Of a DNA stretch of 64,000 bases, positions 13,701 through 24,666 are shown piece after piece (within the stretch, counting starts at the first letter, position 1; the number at the start of each line of letters is the position of its first letter). Source of the stretch: Geosiphon pyriformis uo1 (lineage: Eukaryota > Fungi > Glomeromycota); assembly GCA_016748015.1 (NCBI GenBank), contig JAAOMT010000128.1, positions 627,538 through 691,537 of the forward strand, in the 5' to 3' direction. Both the position numbers and the translations under genes were made by a program. Under the pieces are notes generated by a model that made no database searches, was not told where the DNA came from, and saw nothing but the letters and a program-made list of their open reading frames with translations.

Positions 13701-15260
13701 ATGCCAAAAAACACAAACCAAAAGCAAGCAGCAATCTCTTTGGAAACTAAAAAGGCTCTCTGCCAGTACAAACTAAAGCATTCTGACTACTCAGCAAATA
13801 GACTTATCAAAATATTTAATCTAAAGATTGACTGCTTCACTATAACAAAAATACTTGCAAAATCAGACTGATGGATTGAAAAGAATGTATCTGACAACTT
13901 TGGTCAATTGACAAAGGACAGGAAAGAGATGTTTCTGAAGATAAATAATACACTGAGAGAATAGATGCTTGGAGCACTAGCTACCAACTGCATTCTTACT
14001 GGAAAATTTTTACAAACAAAAGCCCTCAAGTTTGCTGAAAAGTTTCTGGAAAAAAATAACTTTAAAGCATTAGATGGTTGGTTAGAAAAGTTCAAAAAAC
14101 GTCATAATTTGCACCACATTAAGATGCATGGCACAGCAAATAGTGCCTCCTTGGAAATTTTACCAAAGAAACAAGAAAAACTGCATAAGATCATTAGCAA
14201 ATATAATCTAAATAATGTTTACAATGCTGATAAAACAGCATTATTCTTTAGAATGCCACCAAATACAACTTTGGCAACAAAATCTACCTCTGGCATCAAG
14301 TGTAATAAGAGTCAAATTATCATATTTCTTGTTTGTAATACAACAGACAGCATCAAGTTGCAGTCTTTAATTATTAGCAAAGCCACAAAGCCACGATGTT
14401 TTCACAATATTAATATGAATGCACTTCCAATTACTTATTATTACAATATAAAAGCATGGATGCAAACCAATATTTTTAGTGAATAACTTAATTTATTAAA
14501 TAAAGAAATGTATCATAAGAAAAAAAAGATTTTGCTATTGCTTGATAATGCTGATTCTCATGATAGAAAACCTTCCATATTATCTAATATTATAATTAGA
14601 TACTTACCATCCAATACAACATCTCATTTGCAATCATTAGATGCAGGAATTATTGCATTTTTTAAGACACAATACCAAAAATTGTTTTTTTTTCATCTTA
14701 TTAATTAGTATAATGACAAGATTTTAATATTAACAATAACATTAAAAGATGTAGTTGACTTTTTAATTAATCTGTGATCAGTGGTAACAACAACTACAAT
14801 CCAAAACTGTTGACATCATATGGAAATTTTGAATAATAGTCAAATATTAGCCCATCCATTAGATATTGAACAAGAACTCCTATAAGAAGTACAAGTTTTT
14901 ATTGAGCATATTAATATTGACAAGCTATTGGCAATAGACTTCATTAATATTGACAAGTTTGAACTATTATTCACTTATGCCTTAGAGAATAAAATTGTGA
15001 ATCTTATTAACAACAAGTATAGTGGAAATTCTAATGCAAATGAAGATTTAAAAAGTGAAGATGAAGATAAACTTTTGTTTTTGCTATCTACACATTAAGA
15101 TAAAACTGCACTTGAAGATATATTGTGCTATTGTGAAGAGCAGTATAATAAAAAAGTTGATTCAGACTTTTTTAAAACTTTGAGAACATTAATTTGTAAT
15201 ACTATTCTCAAAGTTCAAGAAGAGAAAAAACAGTTGCAAATAGATAGCTTTTTTAAATAA
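13701..15260 (+). pseudogene. pogo/Tigger transposase (CENP-B HTH + DDE_1), inactivated by stops
   Basis: FKALDGWLEKFKKRH, YNADKTALF, KAWMQTNIF, LLLDNADSH and LPSNTTSHLQSLDAGII motifs; C-terminal QLQIDSFFK. Confidence 0.93.
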
Positions 15261-16503
15261 AATATATATAATTGGTTATTATATTATGCATGTGATATAT
15301 AGATCATGTGATAAAATATTAAACATTTTTTATAGTCTTATCTTTCTATAGTTATCACAAATGTGTTGACCAAAAGGTGTGATTATAAAGAGAGTTCACT
15401 GTATTGCCTTTGAGATTAGTGATTTGGTCTCTTAAGTTAGTGGCTGTACTTGTTTTATTCTCTACTTCTTGGAGTCATACTGATGTCAACATTTTGCTGT
15501 GATTATCTTTGATTTCTTGGAATCTTCAAACATTGCTGTTTTAAAAACTGGTACCTTACATGGCTGCCGTATCTAATGGAAAACTCTTGAATGTCACTGC
15601 TGCTATAGATGTCAAGATTTAGATTATTTGGCTGTGAGCTGTAAGATGTCACCACCTTTTTCTTCCAAATTCTTTTCCAATTTTGCTGGTGGTCTTAAAA
15701 TCTTCAAGTCATCTTTTGCTGGAGTTAAATCTTATGCCAAAGCTGTCACTTCTGTGGTTTTTTCTGTTGCTGCTGCTGTTAATATGAATTTGGCTTTTGG
15801 TGTTTCTCAAAGGTGTTATACCTTAGTCACCTGTTGTTTCCTCTGATCCAGATATTGCTGTTAATACTAAGTTGGCTTTCTTAGAAACCCATCTTACTAA
15901 ACTGTCTTTGTTGATAAAATCTATAGTTGAACTTATGGGTTTTTTGGTTGTGTTGATTACTAAATTACTGTTTACTCTGTCTGCCATGACAGAGACATTG
16001 AAGAAAAGTGTGATTGAAATGGCAACCCAAATTAAAGCTATAAATACTGTGGTTTTTTTGCTACAAAAAAAAATAGTAGACTTCAAGAAGAGAAGTAAAA
16101 AAGTATGCTTTGTTGATGTATTTAAAAATAAAGACATGGATAATAATAATGATGTTAAAGATTTCTTGGTCTATAATAACACATTTGATACAATAATAGA
16201 ATTATGGAAGAATCAATCTTTTAATATCAAATCCAATCCTAATTAGACTGCTAAGTAAATAAGTAGTTTTGTTAAAAATAATCATAAACTTGTTTGCATT
16301 ATGAGTAAGATGTATAAATTATATATGTTTAATATATTAAATAACATAAATAGTATTAGCATGTAGTTAGGACTTTTTGCTTGTGATTAACCACATCTTG
16401 TGATATTGTATTATTGGGTGAGCTGGCTTTATAAAAGTGCCAACTATATTGTTGGACAAACTAATAAACAATTAGTGTAGCTACATATTAACAAAAAAAA
16501 AAA

Positions 16504-17034
16504 CAATAGTCAAAACTCTTGGGACATCTAACTATATAATGTCCAAAATTTCTATCTGTATCTCTGAAATTGTTTTCTTTATGAGCTTCATGTTTTTTAT
16601 GATTTCACCAAGACAACCATAGAGTTCTAATTGTCTTTTATATGTCTATAGATAAGATTTCCTTAATTGTTTTTTCAATTGTAATGAAGAGTGAAAGTAT
16701 TGCTGTTGTTATACTTTTCAGCAGATATTTATTCATTTTGTTACCAATTTTTTCTCTTCTAGTAATTGTTTTCTTGGGTCTAATAACAGTATGTATTCTA
16801 CTGTTATCAATTATAGTGGTCTGTTTTCTAATAGTCAGAGTAGCATTTAGATAGTTTTTAATCCAATATTTATAGAGAGTATAGAAGGTGTTTTAAATGT
16901 TTTAATCCAGAAAATAATTGTTTATGTTGATTGAAGATACCTCTGTTTTGGGAATGGTGCATTTATTTATATTTGATTTTTGCTAATTATTTAAGTTCAA
17001 TCAGATTATTTGTAATATTTCTTGAGTTATGTAC
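16504..17034 (-). mobile_element. Family B copy B3, detached 3' piece (IN C-terminus / ORF3)
   Basis: Homologous to ~38200-38760 and ~4266-4580; bounded by the poly(A) of the ORF1-only element and by the B2 LTR. Confidence 0.85.
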
Positions 17035-17692
17035 TGTTACAGTTGAAACTTATATTTCTTATTAATTATCACATATATTAGCCATTGATGTCATATAAAT
17101 TAGCCACTCTATTTTTAGAAAGTGATCATTGATCTGATTATTGACTTAGTCATTAACCTGATCATTGACCATTTTTGATAGCTATATAAGCAATGAATCT
17201 CTTAGCTGTAGAAAAGTATGTCAAGAATCAAAGAAAAAAAATAAATAAAATAACAATTTTCATTTCAATCATTTTTTTATCACTAATTTCTCTTTTCCTA
17301 TCTTCAAGTATCTGATAAAAGATTACTTATTAGTTATTTCTTACCATTTTCCTGAAATGTGTAATTACAGCATTTGAAGATTATTGAATAAAATGTAACT
17401 AAAGAGTATATCTAATATCTAATATAGAATTCTAAAAATGTCAATGTGAAACATAAAATTATACCAGTGTGTGATCATTTGTTGACAGTATGGACTATCC
17501 TTCTACCTTCAGATTCCCTGGTTATCTTTAGAAAAGTATAGTAACTAAGATATTTTATGAGACTGATCTTGCACATTGAATTCATACTCATTTAATTTGC
17601 ACTTTAAAGTTGAATTCCTTTTAATTTCTTTCATCACCTTACAATTTTGTTTTCCCTTGCTATCTATTAGCTTGTTACTCCAACTTGTAACA
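17035..17692 (+). repeat. 5' LTR of B2 (658 bp)
   Basis: TGTTACA...TGTAACA termini; direct repeat of 23997-24666. Confidence 0.93.
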
Positions 17693-17698
17693 TAAAAG

Positions 17699-17714
17699 TG
17701 GTGCTTCCTGTGAG
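17699..17714 (+). other. Primer-binding site of family B (TGGTGCTTCCTGTGAG)
   Basis: Present 6 nt after the 5' LTR in B1, B2, B3 and B5; complementary to a tRNA ending CTCACAGGAAGCA-CCA (Ile(UAU)- or Thr-like, unassigned). Confidence 0.8.
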
Positions 17715-17744
17715 ATTGTCAAATTCCACTTTGTTTTCTATTGT

Positions 17745-19298
17745 ATGGATAATTATTCATACCTGTTACAATAATCAGAAGAACACTTTAAAGCACATAA
17801 CAAAAACAGTCTAGACTTTATTAAACTCAATTTTTTGCCTTCCTGCTTGATTTGCTTTCCTATTGAAGAACAATCCAGCAGACAATTCCAAGACTTTTGG
17901 AACTGGTTTCTAAACAAGCATTCAGCTAAAACCTATATAGCCTATACAACTTACTACTTTGATCAAGCTTATTTTAAAGACAACTTTGAAGAAAGAAACA
18001 ACAACATTAATCAACTTTTATATTCAACAACCTTTGAACAACAGCCCCCTAATTTCGAATATTTGAATCATAAAATCCATCTTTGGATTACTGTCCATCA
18101 ATTAGTTAAGATTCTACTTGAAACAAAAAAAGAAAGCTACCAAACTGTTTCTGTTTTTAATCTTTTCTTAAGTGAATCAGAACATTCTACACAAACAGCT
18201 ACTCCTGAACCAATGGCTAATGACCCCATGTAACAAAACATTCTGATTGCCCTCCAAGGCATACAAACTGCTTTAGGGCAAAGAAACAATACTCCACTAC
18301 CATTATTCAAAGATGATGCACAAGATCCAATTGAATAGTTGGATCACTTTGAAAGAGCTGCCACAACCAACCAATATGATAATGAATACAAGTTCCAAAT
18401 TGTTGGTGGCTATCTTCAAGGCTCTTCTGCTACTTGGTTCTCACAAAAAACTGATGCTGGTGCTTATCAAAGAATTATTAAATAGGCACCAACAAATGCT
18501 AGAGAAGAAAACACTTCTTTTACAATCTGATTTGAAACTAAATTTAGAACTTCTATCTTAATATCCAAATGGCATATGGAATTAGAAAAAAAAACCCAAG
18601 GTTCTGGTAAAGTTGTAACTGAATATGCCAAAGCAATCAGAAAATTAATCAAGCAAGTAGATTTTGAAAGAAACTAGACAGAAGAACAAAAGATTCATTC
18701 CTTTACAAAAGGATTGAGAACTGATCTTTTCTATGTTTTTTGGCCTTTTCTGGCACTGAAAGACAATCTCACAATGGACATGGCTATTGAACTTGCCCAA
18801 TAAATTGAAAACAACCAAAAAATGCACTTGGAATTCACACTTCCAGTTTTTGCTCCTGCTTCTGTTATGGTTTCTGCTTCCCAAATGGCTGCTACCTCTT
18901 TTGTTGCCCAAACTCAAGACCCAAATGAACAGTTAATAGATAAACTTACAGCTAATCTTGCCCTATTACTAAAACTCTTAGCCCAAGCAGTCAGAAAAAA
19001 TCAACAACTTCAAAAATCCAGATTTGAACCTTATTTTAATCAACCTCAGCAACCCTCTTATTAAAGACAACAAAATTGTGGCCCACCTGTGTGTTATTAC
19101 TGTGGATTAACTGAATATTTCTCCAGAGATTGCAACAATTCTCTCCTGTTTTCTCCAGCTCCCAGAAACAATGACAATCAAAACAACAGAATTATTAACA
19201 ACAATGTCCCCAATCAAAGACCCAATCATGCCAACATTAATTTCTTTGAAGAGAATCTCTTAGTTAAAGTCATTGTTTATCAGCCTTTAAACTGGTAG
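17745..19298 (+). pseudogene. B2 gag with CCHC zinc knuckle
   Basis: TPLPLFKDDAQDPIE.LDHF capsid motif; knuckle CYYCGLTEYFSRDC (GH retained in B1 and B5); ends ...VYQPLNW-TAG. Confidence 0.85.
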
Positions 19299-22200
19299 AC
19301 ACACCTCCAAAGAGTGAAAGTGCAAACCAACCAGAAGAAAACCCCTTTTATGTTTTTAACCTAATTGATGATAACCATGATATAGATAAACTAGCAATCA
19401 ACACCTCTGAATCAACTAGAAAGAAGAAAAAAACCAAGGTTGATTTTGCTCTGAACCCAAACAAGACATCCAAATCAACTGTTAATAATAATGAGCTACC
19501 AAAGGCTAAAGTTTTTAAAAATCCTCCAAAATTGAAATCCCCAGAAATTGTACAAAAATTTGGACTCTATTCTGTTGTTAAAGATCTCATAGAAACATCT
19601 GCTCACATTACTTTTGGCCAGTTAATGACCAATCTGCAATTCAGAAAAGACCTTTGCAAATCTTTGATTCCCAAAAAAAAGACACCAAAGACCAACAAGC
19701 ACCTATGCCAAGCTGGACTTGTTGACAACAGCAATGTTACCTCTCTCATTTGTAAAGCCCAAGTGGCTGGTTACTTTATTGATCTAATTCTGGATAGTGG
19801 ATTATCTGTTAATGTTATTGCCAAACACTTTTTAAAAGCAATTGGCAAAAAGATTAATAAACCATCCACAAGACTAATGACCAATATACATGGTAACAAA
19901 AAGATTTGGGTATAGTCAAAGCTGTTCCTGTTCGAATTAATAGCATCAGCATTGAAACTAACATGGAAGTATCTGAAGCAAAAGAATATACCATAATAGT
20001 TGGCAATAAATAGTTTAAGAAAGCAAAAGCCTTGCTTGATTATAAACTCTGTGAACTAATCATCAGATGTGGTGAGAAACTCATTGTGGTTAAGTGCTGT
20101 TATTAAACAACCCTTCCAGTATCTAAGCAAAACCAAGAAGAAGAACAATCAGATAAATCAAATGATGATGAGAGTGATAAAGAAGATAATTAAGAAGAAA
20201 CTGCTGAACTTACCTATACTATTTTCACCAGCAATAACAAACCACTAGACAATGTTAAGGCTAACAAAGAAGAAATTATGGTAAATGACAAACTGATCTG
20301 CTGGCCCTATTATAATATCCTTAGAAGAATCTTTGATAGAAAACCTGACAAGAAAGCAAAATACAGCTATTAGTAGTATGGTTTTTGTACCAAATGCTGA
20401 TGTGATAAACTTTTGTATTCCCCTAGTGATGAATGCAAGTCTTGCTTAATCTATTACAAAGATTAGGAGCCAATTAGTTTGATATCCAGAGAAGAACTAA
20501 AAGAAGTACAGAAGTTCTTTGAGAGTGAACCACCTGAAATCCAATCACTAGTTATAAAACAAAAAGAACCTTCTCCTGAAGAAAGAAAAGTAGACATTAA
20601 AAATCTGTTGGCTAGAAATAGTCTAGTTATCTCAAAAAAAGATGATACTCCTGGATGAACTCATGTAATACAACACATCATCACCACAAAAAAACTCATC
20701 CCATCCATTTGAAATCTTATTAATTCAATTAACACAATGATGAGTTTATTAAGAAAAAGATAAACCAGATGAAAGATCTTTGATTTATACAAGAAACCAA
20801 GAGTGAATAGGCTTTCTCAGTTGTAGTAGTATTCAAGAAAGATGAAATCTTATGCTTTTGTGTTGACTACTGCCAACTAAATGCTATCACTATAAGAGAC
20901 ATATACCCACTTCCTAAAATTGATGCAATGCTAGATAAATTTAATGGTGCTGTTTTTTTCTCAACTATTGACTTAACTGCTGAATTCTGGCAAATAGAGA
21001 TGGATCTAAAAAGCAGAAAGAAAACTGCCTTTATTACCAAGTATGACACCTATAAATTTACAGTCATGCCTTTTGGTCTTACCAATGTCCCTCCCATCTT
21101 TTAATGCCTAATGGACAAAGTATTTAAATCAGTAAAAGAAAACTTTGTTTTGGTTTATTTAAATGACATAATAGTTTACTCAAAAACCTGGGATAAACAC
21201 CTTGAATATTTACAGAAGGTTTTTGACCTGTTCAAAAATACTGGCCTTAAAATCAATCCAACCAAATCTTTCTTTATACCAATCCACCCAGTTCCTTGGT
21301 CATCTTATTACAAAAAATAAAATCTTTTCTGATCCAGCTAAAGTTGAAAAAGTTCAAAACATTAGACAACCAATAAATGTTTCTGAACTATACTCTTTTC
21401 TTGGTTTGGCTTCGTATTATTGCAAATTTATCAAGAATTTCTCCAAAATCGTCTTTTCTCTTAATCAGCTATTCAGAAAAAATGTCAATTATCACTGGAG
21501 CATTTATCAACAAAAAGCTTTTGAAATTCTGAAGAAAAAACTTGTTACTGAACCAATTCTCAAGCAACCTGATCTGGACCAACTTTTTATCCTCCATATT
21601 GATACATTCAGCTATGGACTTGGTGCTGTTCTTTCACAAAAAAATGAAAATGGTTATAGCATATGCCAATAAATCCCTCATACCAGCAGAAAAGAACTAT
21701 TCAGTTACTGAACAAGAATGTTTAGTAGTAGTTTGGGCTACTAATTACTGGAATCAATATCTTTTTGGTGCAAAATTCTTAATAGTAACAGATTATCAAG
21801 CCTTAGTTTGGCTGCACAATAAAAAGAAGCTGGAACACAAATGAATAACTTGCTAAATACTCCACTTGGATGAATTTAATTGTGATATTCAATACCACAA
21901 AGAAGCAAATTATCAAAATGCCAACACTTTTTTTAGACTTACCATTCAGTGACAGTACAACTTCTCAAACCAAACTAACTTAATTATTAGTAACTTTTTT
22001 ACAAACAAACATAATAATAGACTTGAATAACTACTCTGCCTTAATAGAATATTTGAGTAAAAAACAATACCCACCAGAATACACTTGACAGCAAAGAGAA
22101 CATTTACATAAACAAACAAATTTCTATTTAATCTGCCAGAACCAATTATATAAAAAAAATAGAAAAGATCCTGACCACTCCCAGAGAGTCATCAAATTTG

Positions 22201-23330
22201 AAGAAAGAGAAATTGTAATATAAAACATGCATACTGACTCATTAGCTGGATACTTTGAAAAAACAAAGATGATTCAGAAAACTTTAGTTCATTATTATTG
22301 GCCTACCTTGGGAAAGAATATTGCTGAATATATTAAAACCTGTAACATTTGCTAAAGAAGAGGCAAATTCAATCGCAAAGAAGATATCAATTCAATTTCT
22401 ATTGGTCAACTATTTAACAGAATTGATATAGATGTTGTTGGATCTTTAATAATAACTTCTGATGGCAACAGATACATTATCACAGCTATTGACTATCTTA
22501 TAAAGTGGATAGAAACAAAAGTCACTCCTGACCAAACAGCAGTCTCAATAGCCAATTTCATTTATGAAGATATCATTTGTCATCATGGCTGCTCCAAAGA
22601 ACTTTTATCTGTTAGAGGAAGAGCTTTTCTTAGTACACTGATTAAAGAACTTTGTAAAAAAATGGGAATACATCATAAACTTTTCTCCTCTTATTATCTC
22701 CAAACAAATGGCTTAATAGAATATTTTAATAGAATATTATGTGAAACCCTAACCAAAACTAGTAAAAAAACAAACTTATAGGACAAAGTACTGTCTTTAG
22801 CTTTGTTTGCTTATAAAACTGTAAATTATGACATAACAAGTTATAAACTTTTTTATCTGTTCTATGGATGCATGACAACACTACCAATAAAAACTAACAT
22901 TGAAACAATACTCTTTAAAGAGATTACAATAGAAAATTACAGAGATATTTTGCAAAAAAGACTTGGTATCATTCTTAACTTTTTGGTAGAAGCACAAATA
23001 ATTGCTTTTGAAAAGATAAAACAGTTCTAAAAAAATCTTAAGAAAAAGAAAATCTATAAAACACTTTCTTTAAGTGTTGGTGATCTGGTATTGGAATATT
23101 ATTCAGACAGAGACAATGTCTATGATAATAAATTCTCTAGCTGATGGAAAGAACTCTTTATAGTCAACAAAGTTTTGAACAATGGTTCTTATATTCTTCA
23201 AAATCAATCTAAAACAATCTTCAATGATTATCTTTTTCATAATACATGACTCAAGAAATATCATAAATAATCTGATTGGTTGCCTGTTGTGGTAATACTG
23301 ACTCAAATGATCAGCAAAAATCAAGTATAA
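19286..23330 (+). pseudogene. B2 pol (PR-RT-RNase H-IN), in the -1 frame relative to gag
   Basis: LILDSGLSV protease, VYLNDII (YLDD in B1), HIDTFSYGLGAVL RNase H, EQECLVVVWA, integrase HHCC and core. Confidence 0.9.
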
Positions 23331-23371
23331 ATAAATGCATCATTCCAAAAACAGAGGTATTTTCAATTGAT

Positions 23372-24027
23372 ATGAACAATTATTTTCTGGATCAAAACAT
23401 TCAAAACACTTTCTATACTCTCTATAAGTATTGGATCAAAAACTATCCAAATGCTACTCTGATCATTAGAAAACAAATCATCATAACTGATAACAGTAGA
23501 ACACATATTGTTATTAGACCAAAGAAAACTACTACTAGAAAAAAAAAATTGGTAGCAAAATGAATAAATATCTGTTGGAAAATATAACAGCAACTATACT
23601 CTTACCTTCTAGCACAATTAGAAAAACACTCCAAGAAATCTTATCCATAGACAAAAACTTGTTATATGGAAGACAATTAGAACTCTATAGTTGTCTTAGA
23701 GAAATCATAGAAGATATGAAACTCATGAAAAAAACAACTTTAGAGATACAGACAGAAATTTTGGGCATTATATGATTAGATGTCCCAAGAGTTTTAACTA
23801 TTGCTAAAAGAGCCAAAACTCTAATATAAAGATTTAGTCTCTTGGATACAAAACTTATTTCACCTCAAGTATTATATACCCTATCTACAAAAAACTTTAA
23901 CAAACTAGTTAGCCTTGAGTTAAATAAAACTTTTTAAATAGATTACACTATAAATAGCTTGATTTTGCTGAAGCTCAATCTCTTTGGAGAAGATAATATT
24001 ACAGTTGAAACTTATACTTCTTATTAA
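23372..24027 (+). pseudogene. B2 extra ORF3 (~218 aa, unknown function) between integrase and 3' LTR
   Basis: MNNYFLDQ...MNKYLLE...GRQLELY.CL.EII...; the same frame is found in B1, B3, B4 (34899-35399 open for 166 codons) and B5; it runs through the PPT and stops 31 nt into the LTR. Confidence 0.7.
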
Positions 24028-24666
24028 TTATTATATGTATTAGCCACTGATGTCATATAAATTAGCCACTTTATTTTTAGAAAGTAATTATTAACCTGAT
24101 CATTGACCTAATTAATGACCTGATTATTGATTTGATCATTGATCTAGTCATTGACTTAATCATTGACCACTTTTGATAGCTATATAAGCAATGAATTTCT
24201 TAGCTGTAAAAAAGTATGTCAAAAATCAAAGAAAGAAAATAAATAAAATAACAACTTTCATCTCAATCATTCTTTTATTGCTAATTTCTCTTTTTCTACC
24301 TTCAAGTATTTGATAAAAGATTACTTGTTGATTATTCCTTACCTTTTTCCTGAAATGTAATTGCAGCATTTAAAAATTATTGAATAAAACATGACTGAAG
24401 AATACATCTGATACCTGATATCGAATTCTAAAAGCACTGACATAAGACATATAATTATACCAGTGTGTAATCATTTCTATTTTTAAATTCCCTGGTTATC
24501 TTTAGAAAAGTACAGCAATTGAGATATTTTATAAGACTGATCTCACACATTAAATCCATACTCATTTAATTCACTCTTTGAAATTGAATTTCCTTTGATT
24601 TCTTTCATCACCCTACAATCTTGTTTTCCCTTGCTATCTATTAGCTTGTTACTTCAACCCATAACA
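23997..24666 (+). repeat. 3' LTR of B2
   Basis: Preceded by purine tract GGAGAAGATAA; direct repeat of the 5' LTR; ends ATAACA. Confidence 0.93.

Larger units (their letters stand above)
11135..15401 (+). mobile_element. pogo/Tigger (Tc1-mariner superfamily) DNA transposon, 4267 bp
   Basis: TIRs CAaTaAACTCTCTTTATAgTC (11135) and GATTATAAAGAGAGTTCACTG (ending 15401); TA target duplication at 11133-11134 and 15402-15403; host ORF rejoins when the element is removed. Confidence 0.92.
10855..16503 (+). mobile_element. ORF1-only non-LTR retroelement (HAL1/half-LINE-like), 5' end cut by B1, interrupted by the pogo element
   Basis: Degenerate LINE ORF1-like reading (SVKLKPAGL.QYAI.QF, KAKLVN...GC|IAFEISDL, CYRCQDLDYLAVSC knuckle, coiled-coil LETHLTKLSLLIKSI) rejoins across the pogo TA site; ends in an A11 tail at 16493-16503 with no APE or RT. 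Confidence 0.65.
17035..24666 (+). mobile_element. Gypsy family B copy B2, full length with two LTRs
   Basis: LTRs 17035-17692 and 23997-24666; PBS at 17699; PPT before 23997; gag, PR, RT, RH, IN and ORF3 all traceable but mutated. Confidence 0.95.

Noticed and set aside
10855-17034. GTAC at both 10855 and 17031 as one TSD or an inversion signature
   Set aside because: The two sites lie in different host elements; better explained by the NTAN target preference.
17035-17692. Hammerhead ribozyme in LTRs
   Set aside because: I found no CTGANGA...GAAA core with supporting stems by eye; mutational decay could hide one, so this is not excluded without a covariance search.
23372-24027. ORF3 as a retroviral envelope or chromodomain
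   Set aside because: No signal peptide, furin-site-plus-TM arrangement or chromodomain aromatic motif is visible.
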